A stretch of 64,000 bases of DNA. Origin: an uncultured delta proteobacterium (GTDB lineage Bacteria > Myxococcota > Myxococcia > Myxococcales > Myxococcaceae). A program made the position numbers and the translations under genes. Positions within the stretch are counted from its first letter, which is position 1; every line of letters begins with the position of its first letter. Location of the stretch: positions 1 through 64,000 of the forward strand of contig CAVYSY010000033.1 in assembly GCA_963771175.1 (NCBI GenBank), in the 5' to 3' direction. This document shows positions 13,405 to 21,835 of this stretch, piece after piece. Under the pieces are notes generated by a model that was not told the origin of the DNA, searched no databases, and saw nothing but the letters and a program-made list of their open reading frames with translations.

Positions 13405-14793
13405 TCAGCGGCCCTGGGAGATCTTCACCTGGCCGCCCGAGAGCCGCGCCACGTCACCCGGGTTCCACTCCAGCACCTGCGTCTGGAGGCCCCGGCGCGC
13501 GAGCTCCTCGCGCATGAGTGTGTTGCGGCTGGCCTCCGTGGGCTCGCCCTCTCCCCAGCCGATGTCGGTGATGATGTGGCCCACCCCCTCGAAGCCATTG
13601 GCGTAGGGCAGGAAGTAGCGGGCCTGGGCCGCGGCGCACGCATCCACCGCGCCATCGATGCCCGCCGTGGTGCTCTTGAGCTGACCCTGCTGGAACTGCC
13701 GATATAGCCCCCGGAGCTGCTCGAAGGGCACCGCCGCCCAGTAGTGGTTCAGCCCGCCGAAGAAGGGCGACTGGAACTCACGCTGGCAGCACAGCACCAC
13801 GTCCGCCGGGCCGCGTCGCCGGCAGGACTCGGCCAGCACCTCCGCCATGCCGCCTTCCGGGTCCGCCCCGCTGTCCACCAGCAGCACGCACGAGAAGTCC
13901 TCGGTGTTGATGCGGTAGCAGTTGCCCCAGCTCCTCAGGCCCTCGCGCAGCCGGGGGCCCTCACGAGTGGGCTGCTCGCCGTAGAAGGGCAGGATGTCGA
14001 TCTCGATGTCGCCCACCTTCACCGTCTCGCCCCAGGCGGCGGCCTGGACCGACTGACCGCACGCGCGCACCGTGGCCGCGAAGTCCTGAAAGGTGAGCAG
14101 GCTCACCCGAGGCACGCGCGGCACGAGCACCGGCAGATTCGGCCGGGCCAGGTGCGCCAGGAACGAGGGCATGTGCCAGTGGTCCACGTGGCTGTGGGTG
14201 ATGGCCACCACGTCCACCATCTCCGGCCGCAGGTTGTTGGGGGCCCCGCGCATGTTCAGCAACCGGCGCTGCATGCCGATGGGGTCCACCAGGATGCCCG
14301 TTGTGCGCGAGCGGATGAGCAGCGAGGCGTGCTCGCGGCGGTAGATGCCGGGCCCGTCCGGCTCGGGCCACTGGAGCCCGGGAGTCGGAGCCTCCACGAG
14401 CCGTTCAATCCACGCCTCGTCATCGAAGGGCCAGGCCTCGCGCACCTTGCGCGGGTCGTTCGTATGGGTGGCCGCACGGAGGAACTCGGCCACCACGGGC
14501 ACCGCCTCCTCGGGCAGCTCGCTGCTCAGGCGCTCCTCCCCATCCTGGAAGACGACCCACCAGGTGCTCTTCTCGGGGAATAGCACGCGGTCCTCGACGA
14601 GGAAGCCACCGTCCTCCGCCCCCTTCGGGCGCAGCACCGGCTGGGGGAGCAGCGTGTTGGCGCGCTCGAACAGCTCCCGCGTGGCCTGGGGGTCCAGGTT
14701 CGCGCGGATCATCCCGTTGAGCAGGTCACCGAACTTCACCCCACCGAGGTCCGGCAGTGGCACCAGGTCCACGATGAAATTCGGAGAGAGCAT
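13405..14793 (-). CDS. Metallo-beta-lactamase-fold enzyme, CmlA-like; candidate lanthipeptide tailoring enzyme
   Basis: HASLLI..LVDP, ITHSHVDH (HxHxDH), PFYGEQ, LLVDSG, PYANG. It starts 7 bp after the PCAT stop. Confidence 0.8.
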   Translation of the reverse strand: MLSPNFIVDLVPLPDLGGVKFGDLLNGMIRANLDPQATRELFERANTLLPQPVLRPKGAEDGGFLVEDRVLFPEKSTWWVVFQDGEERLSSELPEEAVPVVAEFLRAATHTNDPRKVREAWPFDDEAWIERLVEAPTPGLQWPEPDGPGIYRREHASLLIRSRTTGILVDPIGMQRRLLNMRGAPNNLRPEMVDVVAITHSHVDHWHMPSFLAHLARPNLPVLVPRVPRVSLLTFQDFAATVRACGQSVQAAAWGETVKVGDIEIDILPFYGEQPTREGPRLREGLRSWGNCYRINTEDFSCVLLVDSGADPEGGMAEVLAESCRRRGPADVVLCCQREFQSPFFGGLNHYWAAVPFEQLRGLYRQFQQGQLKSTTAGIDGAVDACAAAQARYFLPYANGFEGVGHIITDIGWGEGEPTEASRNTLMREELARRGLQTQVLEWNPGDVARLSGGQVKISQGR

Positions 14794-14799
14794 TGTCGG

Positions 14800-17058
14800 T
14801 CACCCCACCTTGGCGGCCCTCTCGGGGGCCGGGCTGCCGGCACTGGTGCGCTCCTGGGAGGACACCAGCTCGAAGTAATAGCCCCGCCTGGACATCAGCT
14901 CGTCGTGCGTCCCCCGCTCGACCAGCCGGCCCTGGTTCATCACGAGGATGACGTCCGCGCCCTGGATGGTGCTCAGCCGGTGGGCGATCACCACGCGCGT
15001 GCAGCGCAGTTGCGAGAGGGCATCCTGCACGGCGCGCTCCGTCTTCGCATCCAGCGCGTTGGTGGCCTCGTCCAGCAGGAGGATGGCGGGGTTGTGCACC
15101 AGCGCCCGGGCGATGGCGATGCGCTGGCGCTGGCCACCCGAGAGCGAGACGCCCATCTCGCTGAGCACCGTCTCGTAGTTCATCGGCATGGCCACGATAT
15201 CGTCGTGCACCTGGGCGCGCTTCGCGGCATCCACCACCTGCTCCAGCGGCAGCGTGGGGTCCGAGTAGGCGATGTTGCGGCGGATGTCCCCGCGGAAGAG
15301 CGAGGGGCTCTGCAGCACCACGCCCATCTGCTGCCGCAGCTCCTGCAGGTCCATGTCCTGCAGCGACACGCCGTCATAGCGGATGGCGCCGGCGGTGGGC
15401 AGGTACAGGCCGAGCATCAGGTGAGCCAGGCTGGACTTGCCCGCGCCCGAGCGGCCGACGATGGCCACGAACTGGCCCTGCTGAATCTCCACCGACACGT
15501 CCTGCACCACCAGGGGCGCGTGGGGGCTGTAGCGGAAGGAGACGTTCTCCACCTGGATGCTGCCCTGCAGCTTGTGGGTGCGGCGCGTGGTGGCGGGCAC
15601 CTGCTCGCGCGGCGCCTGGAGCACGTCGTCCACTCGCTCCAGGTAGCTGCCCACGAGCTGGAGCTGGAAGGCGGTGGCCACCAGGTTGGAGATGGGGTTG
15701 AGGAAGCTGCCCGCCAGCGCGTTGAGCGCCAGCATCTCGCCCAGGCTCAGCGCCCCATCGAGCACCTGAAGGGTTCCCACCGCCAGGATGGCCAGCGGCG
15801 AGGCCATGCGCAGCGTGCTGGCGATGGACTCGGTGAGCGCCTGCAGGCGCCCGCGCTCCAGCGAGACGTTGAGCACGTCCACGTAGAGGTTGGACCAGTG
15901 CTGCACGGCCCGGTCCTCCAAGCCCATGGCCTTGAGCGTCTGGATGCCGGTGAACATCTCCACCTCGAAGTTCTGCGAGCTGGCGCTCACCTCGAGGTTC
16001 TTGGACATCAGCTCGCGCTGCTTGCCCCGCGCGAAGAGGAAGACGAGCACCTGCAGCAGGGCCAGCCCCACGGCCAGCAGGGCGATCTGCCAGCTCCCGG
16101 CGAACAGCAGCGCGAGGTAGACCACGACCAGGCCGCCGTCGAGTACCGCGGACAGCGCGCCCGAGGTGAGCAGCTCGCGCACGGTGGCGTTGCTGTTGAG
16201 CCGGCTCATCAGGTCGCCGGCGGAGCGCACCTGGAAGAAGGAGAACGGCAGGTGCACCAGGTGGTCCAGGAAGCCCAGCGTCAGCCGGGTATCCATCACC
16301 GTGCGCAGGTGCAGCAGCAGATGGGCACGCACCAGCGAGGAGATGAGCTGGAAGCCCACCAGGGCGCCCATGCCCGTGGCGAGAATGGCCAGCAGCGACC
16401 TGTCCCCGTTGGGCAACACCCGATCCACCACCGCCCCGGTGAGCGACGGCAGCGCCAGGGCGAAGAGCTGCAGCAGCAGCGACATCACCGCCACCCGCCC
16501 CAGGATGGCGCGCGCCTCCGACAGCAGCCGCAGGTAGCGCTCCGAGCCGCGGGCCGACGAGCCCTTCTGGAAGGACTCGGAGGGCTCGAAGAGCAGCGCG
16601 ACGCCGGTGAAGGACTTGCGGAACTGCTCCAGGGTGATGTGGCGGCGCCCGAAAGACGGATCCACCACCTGCACGCCCTTGCGCGTCAGCTTCTCGAAGA
16701 CGATGAAGTGCTTGAACTCCCAGTGCAGCACGGTGCCGGGCTCGAGCAGGTGGATCTGATCCATGTCCACCTTGGCCGCCCGTCCCAGCAGGCCGAAGCG
16801 CCGGCCGGCCTCGAGGATGCCGCGAGCGCTGATGCCCTGCGTGCTCAGCCCGGCGGCCACGTGGATCTCATCCAGCGACACCTTGCGGCCGTAGTAGCCC
16901 AGCACCATGGCCACGCACGCCGCCCCGCAGTCCACGTTGGTGACCTGCGCCACGTAGGGGATGCGCCGCTGCCGCAGCCGCTCGCCCAACCGCTGGAGCG
17001 CGGGAAAGCGCTCGCCGAGCGAGGGCGACTCGGGCGTCGGCGATTCGGAATCAGCCAC
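14800..17058 (-). CDS. lanT: Peptidase-containing ABC transporter (C39 peptidase + TMD + NBD), LanT-type
   Basis: C39 triad motifs QVTNVDCGAAC / HWEFKHF / VVDP; Walker A GRSGAGKS, signature LSGGQRQR, Walker B LLLDEAT. Confidence 0.95.
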   Translation of the reverse strand: MADSESPTPESPSLGERFPALQRLGERLRQRRIPYVAQVTNVDCGAACVAMVLGYYGRKVSLDEIHVAAGLSTQGISARGILEAGRRFGLLGRAAKVDMDQIHLLEPGTVLHWEFKHFIVFEKLTRKGVQVVDPSFGRRHITLEQFRKSFTGVALLFEPSESFQKGSSARGSERYLRLLSEARAILGRVAVMSLLLQLFALALPSLTGAVVDRVLPNGDRSLLAILATGMGALVGFQLISSLVRAHLLLHLRTVMDTRLTLGFLDHLVHLPFSFFQVRSAGDLMSRLNSNATVRELLTSGALSAVLDGGLVVVYLALLFAGSWQIALLAVGLALLQVLVFLFARGKQRELMSKNLEVSASSQNFEVEMFTGIQTLKAMGLEDRAVQHWSNLYVDVLNVSLERGRLQALTESIASTLRMASPLAILAVGTLQVLDGALSLGEMLALNALAGSFLNPISNLVATAFQLQLVGSYLERVDDVLQAPREQVPATTRRTHKLQGSIQVENVSFRYSPHAPLVVQDVSVEIQQGQFVAIVGRSGAGKSSLAHLMLGLYLPTAGAIRYDGVSLQDMDLQELRQQMGVVLQSPSLFRGDIRRNIAYSDPTLPLEQVVDAAKRAQVHDDIVAMPMNYETVLSEMGVSLSGGQRQRIAIARALVHNPAILLLDEATNALDAKTERAVQDALSQLRCTRVVIAHRLSTIQGADVILVMNQGRLVERGTHDELMSRRGYYFELVSSQERTSAGSPAPERAAKVG

Positions 17059-17998
17059 GGTCGCCTCCCCCGAGGTACTCGAGAATCGGCAGCAGCGTCA
17101 CCCAGCCGTTGCGCGCGCGCACCTTCACCCGGGCGATGCCGGGCATGCCGGTGTAATAGCTGTAGGTGCGGCCATCGGACTGGAAGGTGCTCGAGGGCAG
17201 CCTCGCCGACACCGCCACCACCGGGCCCTGCAGCATCACCGCGTCCGCCAGGCCCGGCCCCAGATAGCGCCGCACCTCGGCCGGTCCCACCAGCTCGTCA
17301 CTGATCGCCGTGACTTCCAGCTCCTGGTACTCGTAGGGAAAGCCCTCCAGCTCCAACCGGAAGCCCTGCCCCGGTTTGATCATCGGCCGGTAGCGGCCGG
17401 GCACCAGCGCCAGCGCCCAGGACTCGGAGCCGTCCCGGAGGACGGAGACCACCACCTCGCCCGCGCTCAGGAACTGACCCTCGCGCACGCGCACGTCGTT
17501 GACCTGCCCGTCGAACGGGGCCCGCAGGGAACGCTCCTCCAGGCGCGCCTGGCTCGACTCGAGCTGGGAGCGCAGGGCCGAGAGCGCCGCCTGCGCGGTG
17601 GCGTTGGAGGGATTGAGCAGCGAGGCGGCGAGCTGGTTGCGGAACTCGTGCTCCAGGCGCTCGCGCTCCCCGGACTCCACGCCCGAGTACAGCTCCACCA
17701 GCGGCTGGCCGGCCTTCACGTGCTGCCCGCGGCTCACCCACACCCGGCTCACCCGTCCACCCGCGGTGGCGGTAACGTCCTCCAGGCCCTTCACCCGCAC
17801 CAGCAGCGGGCCCTCGGCGTAGTCGTTGATGTCGATGAGAGCCAGACCCACGCCCCCCACCACCACGAGCGCCACGACAATCCAATACGCACTGCGCGCC
17901 CACACCGGCGAGAGCTGGAGCAGGCTGCCCCGGGCCTCGGGCCGAGCATGGTGCGTCAGCGCTTCCTGCCGGAAGAGCTGCTGCGGGTTGTCGCTCAT
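17051..17998 (-). CDS. HlyD-family secretion adaptor
   Basis: LFRQEAL N-terminus, single TM, lipoyl-like halves (TAGGRVSRVWVSRGQHVKAGQPL ... LRAPFDGQV). Overlaps the lanB stop and the lanT start. Confidence 0.85.
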   Translation of the reverse strand: MSDNPQQLFRQEALTHHARPEARGSLLQLSPVWARSAYWIVVALVVVGGVGLALIDINDYAEGPLLVRVKGLEDVTATAGGRVSRVWVSRGQHVKAGQPLVELYSGVESGERERLEHEFRNQLAASLLNPSNATAQAALSALRSQLESSQARLEERSLRAPFDGQVNDVRVREGQFLSAGEVVVSVLRDGSESWALALVPGRYRPMIKPGQGFRLELEGFPYEYQELEVTAISDELVGPAEVRRYLGPGLADAVMLQGPVVAVSARLPSSTFQSDGRTYSYYTGMPGIARVKVRARNGWVTLLPILEYLGGGDRG

Positions 17999-20900
17999 GT
18001 CCCCTTCTTCATCCGCGCCAGACGCGAACGATACAGCCGCACCAGGAAGTCATGGAAGATGAGCTCCTGGGCCCGCTGGTCCTCCACCATCATGCGATTG
18101 ATGTGCATGTGGAGGTAGCTGTCGGCCAGCCGCTCGACAGGCACGGAGAGACGTCCCTCGCGCTCGGCTTGGAGCAGGCGCTCCACCACCGGGCGTAGCC
18201 GCTCGCTCCGACGTCTCAGGGCCACCAGCCCCGCCTGGGCCAGGCCCCGGGCATCCGGCGGCGCCGTCAGCAGCGTCTCCAGGCTCCGGCTCTCGCGGCG
18301 GTAGCGCTGGCCGAGCTGCTCCTCGAAGCGCTTGTCCACCCAGAACTCGGCATGGAAGGCGGCGCGGGCGCGCTCCTCCACGGCCAGCTTGCCCTCCAGC
18401 GTCAGCCCCAGGTCGTCCAGCAGGGCGTCCATGCCCTTGAGGACCATGCGCCAACGCAGCTCGGCGCCCGCGTCACCGGGGTAGGCCTGGAGCATGGCCA
18501 GCACGGCCTCGCTGTCCGCTGTGAAGAGTTCCTCGGACAGCTCGACGCCGACGGGGCCGCCGTAGCGCTCCACCTCGCGCTCGTAGGTGTCGAGCTGCAC
18601 GCGCCAGCCCGTCCCCTCCTCCAGACTGGCCGCGCAGGCGGCGCGCAGCGCGGGCCACACCTCCGCGTCCAGCCGCGCGGGCGTCCCGTGGAAGCGCAGC
18701 CGCACGTGCTCCTCGGGGTCCTTGTAGCGGAGGAAGAACCAGCGGTCCGCCGCACCCGAGCCCATCACCTTCTGGATGGCCTCGCCCAGCGTGCTGCCCA
18801 TCAGCCGGTCCAGGGAGGCCGCGCCCCCGTAGAGCTTGAGGTACAGCCACTCGGAGCCGGGCGGGAATCGGCGGGGGGTGGAGCGCGGCACCGGCGCCGG
18901 AGCCGGGCGGGCCGGCTGCTCGGCGGGGGCCTGACGCACGAAGGGCACCACCACCTCGTGTACGTAGCGACCCTCCCTGCCCTCCACACACAGCGCGTCG
19001 GGCCCGGGGAAGAGCTCGTCCAGCAGGATACGCGAGCGTCCCTTCACGAGCTGGACGAACGTCTCCACGCTCAACGCGTTGTCCAGGTCCACGGGGAGCT
19101 GGTTGTCACCATCGCGCAGGCTCACCCACCGGGGCAGCCTCGCCTTCGCACGGAAGCGCTGCACGGCGGCGAAGCGCGGAGCGCCCTCGGTCTCGCCCCA
19201 CTCCCGCAGCGTCTTCCCGTCCACGGCCCAGCACGCCAGCGAGAGCACCGTCCGGCCACACACCACGCGCGGCAGGAAGTTGGCGTGACTCAGGGGCCCC
19301 CACTGGAATTTCAGGCCCATGCGGTGCGGGTTCTGCAGCATGCAGAGGAAGCGGTACACGCCCAGGCCGTACGCCGAGTAGTTGTGCGCGTTGGTCAGCC
19401 GGGGGATGACCTCCTTGCCCAGCCGTTGCGAGCGCAGCACCACGCGGGTGCCCTCGACGGAGACCCACAGGTCCGTCAGCGCGATGCGCTCCAGCCCGTC
19501 CGCGCCCGACTCCCCGAGGAAGGCGATGTCATGGGGCCGCAACCGGGGCCGGCAGATGACGTTGCCCATGCGGCCCTGCGGCAGGTGGACGATCTCCGCG
19601 AAGATGGCGTCCGGCCGCAGCGCCTCCTCGGCGCGCAGGTGCTCGCGAACGAAGCCATCCAGCGCCTCGTCCCCGTGACAGAAGCGCCCCAGGTAGATGG
19701 CGCCCGAGGGGCCATGGAGGTTCTCCAGCGCCACCTGGAACTCGCCCCGGTCCACCGCCTCCGCGGAGCTCGCCACCACCGTGCCCACCACTCCGAAAGC
19801 ATCCGGCAGCGGGCACGGCTCCGAGGTCTTCATCGCCGCCAGGTCCTCGGCGGTGAGCACCAACTCGTGCCCTCCGGTGGCCCAGAGGGACTCCAGCCGG
19901 CGCAGCAGGTGCTTGTAGCGGGGCTCCCAAGTCACCTGCTCGCCACCGCCACCGCCCTCCTGGGGGAAGTGGAAGCCCGCCAGCAGCGGGCCCGTGGCCA
20001 TGCCCGGCGACCTGGAGACGGCGAAGCCGATGCCGCTCTCCTCGTCCAGCGCCTCCACCAGCGGCACCGAGCGGCCCTCGTAGCGCTCCAGGAAGCGGGA
20101 CGCGGAAGCGGTTGAGCGGATGGTCCTCGCGATTGGGCGGGGTGATGGACCGCAGCACCTGGACGCCGTGCAGCAGCGCGTCCACCACGCGCGAGGAGAG
20201 GCTGGCCTCGGGCGCCGGGCGGAACATGTCCACCTGGAAGAGGCGGGGCAGCTCAACGGGCGTGGGCAACGCCTCCAGGCCACGTGCCACCTCGAGGTAC
20301 GCCGTCGGCGCGTTGCCCGGGCCCCCGAGTCCAGTCGGGACAGCTGCTCGTGGACGCCCGTCAGCCGCTGTCGCACCTCGGCCAGCCCGGGGATGCTCGC
20401 GCGAGCCCTCGATGAGGTGGGGCACGGGCTCGGCGCCGGTGACGGGCGCGGCCCAGGTGGGCACCAGGAGCTGCTCGGATACCAGCGTCTCCACGAAGGG
20501 GCGGGCATCCTCCAGGGTGATGTCGGGATCGCTCGCCACCAGCGCGACCGCCAGCTCCTCCAGCTTCGCGCCACCGCGGGCCCGCTCCAGCGTGGCCTCC
20601 AGGTAGGGCGAGGGCTCCACGCCCACCAGGTGGTAGGAGCGATCGCGCCCGCGCACCCGCATCTCCAGGTAGCGCAGCCGGCCACCGGAGCGGTAGAGGC
20701 TGGAGTTGGGCACGTAGCGCAGGGCGTCTCGCACCTCGGGGGTGCCGCGCACCTGCTCCACCAGGGCGCAGACGTAGTCCATGTCCAGCCGCGTGTGGCG
20801 GCGGATGGCGGTGCGCTCGGAGATGTGCAGCCGGGTGTGGGGGCCGATGCGGCCCACGGAGTTGCCGGCGAAGAGGCCGAAGGGCGTGGCGCGACCCGCC

Positions 20901-21229
20901 ATGCGCGCGAAGTAGCGCACCAGGGTCCGCTCCACCTTCTGCCCGCGCTCCGACTCCGGCGCGGACTCCCAGGCGGACAGGCTCTCGTCGAGCACCGGCG
21001 AGGCGATGAAGAGGGCCTCGCGCACCACGGGGTCCGCCACCTGGCGGCGCAGCCGCTCGCGCAGCACGAGCCGATCCCTCTTCAGCGCCTCCTCGAGCTG
21101 CGTCCCGGAGGCCGTGGCCGCGCCGAGCTCCCGAGCCCACTCCACCAGGGCCTCGAAGGGAAGCAGCGGGGTGCGGAAGGCAAAGAATCCCGACGGGGCG
21201 AAGGCCGGCAACGGTCGGGCTTCGTTCAT
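17995..21229 (-). CDS. lanB: Class I lanthipeptide dehydratase, full length (about three frameshifts near 20,400, 20,330 and 20,100)
   Basis: Glutamylation domain: FAFRTPLLP, RYFARMAGRATPFGLFAG, GRFCH, AEIVHLP..RMGNV..RP, PRLTNAHN. Elimination domain: EWLYLKLY, WFFLRYKDPEEHVRLRF, YEREVERYGG, SYLHMHINR. Confidence 0.92.
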
Positions 21230-21378
21230 GGAATCGGTCACGATGGCGACACCCGAAGAGCGAGCCTGGAGAGAGCCGAAGGATTCCACGGTGCTCGCTC
21301 GGGCATCAATGCAAGGGCGGAACAATCCCCACCGGCCTTGCTTCGGGGGAGCATCGGGAGGCTCACCGACCGCGGACC

Positions 21379-21422
21379 AAAAAAAACTGCTCCAGAGGGG
21401 AACGGAGCACCCTCTGGAGCAG
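21379..21422 (-). terminator. Intrinsic terminator/attenuator between lanA and lanB
   Basis: Perfect 13-bp stem CTGCTCCAGAGGG / CCCTCTGGAGCAG with a 10-nt loop, followed on the minus strand by T8. Confidence 0.85.
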
Positions 21423-21514
21423 CGTGCCGCAATGACCTGGGCGAGGAGACTCGCGGCGGCCAGGCGACGGCCCCACCTGGGAGCGACAGCCCTCCCGGGC
21501 GACAGGCGAACTCC

Positions 21515-21676
21515 TTACTCCGCGATGGTGATCATGGTCAGGGGGCAGCCACCGGTATCGGTACCACCCACCACGCCATCGAGAAGGGAGACCTCGGAGT
21601 CATTCAGGGTCTTCAGCGTCTCCTTCTTGAGGGACAGCTTCTTGTTCAGCTTGGGCTCGTTGGTCTTGTTGTCCAT
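21515..21676 (-). CDS. lanA: Lanthipeptide precursor peptide (53 aa)
   Basis: MDNKTNEPKLNKKLSLKKETLKTLNDSEVSLLDGVVGG-TDTGGCPLTMITIAE; GAGGAG RBS, LxLxKx5L motif, double-Gly site; lies between lanC and lanB. Confidence 0.9.
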   Translation of the reverse strand: MDNKTNEPKLNKKLSLKKETLKTLNDSEVSLLDGVVGGTDTGGCPLTMITIAE

Positions 21677-21749
21677 GACTTGCTCCTCGCTTCGCGGGGG
21701 CTGTGAACGAAAAGCCGGCTTGCCCGAAATCACCGCTCACAGTGAAAAG

Positions 21750-21803
21750 AAAATAAGTAGAACTATCCAGGCAGTCAAGCAGGCTACTGATTGCCTGCCT
21801 GGA
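21750..21803 (-). promoter_or_regulatory. Putative sigma70 promoter of lanA with an overlapping inverted repeat
   Basis: Minus strand TTGACT-17 nt-TATTTT. Inverted repeat TCCAGGCAGTCAA (21766-78) / TTGCCTGCCTGGA (21791-803). Confidence 0.55.
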
Positions 21804-21835
21804 AGGATCACCGAGCAGGAAATCCAGGAGAGCCT

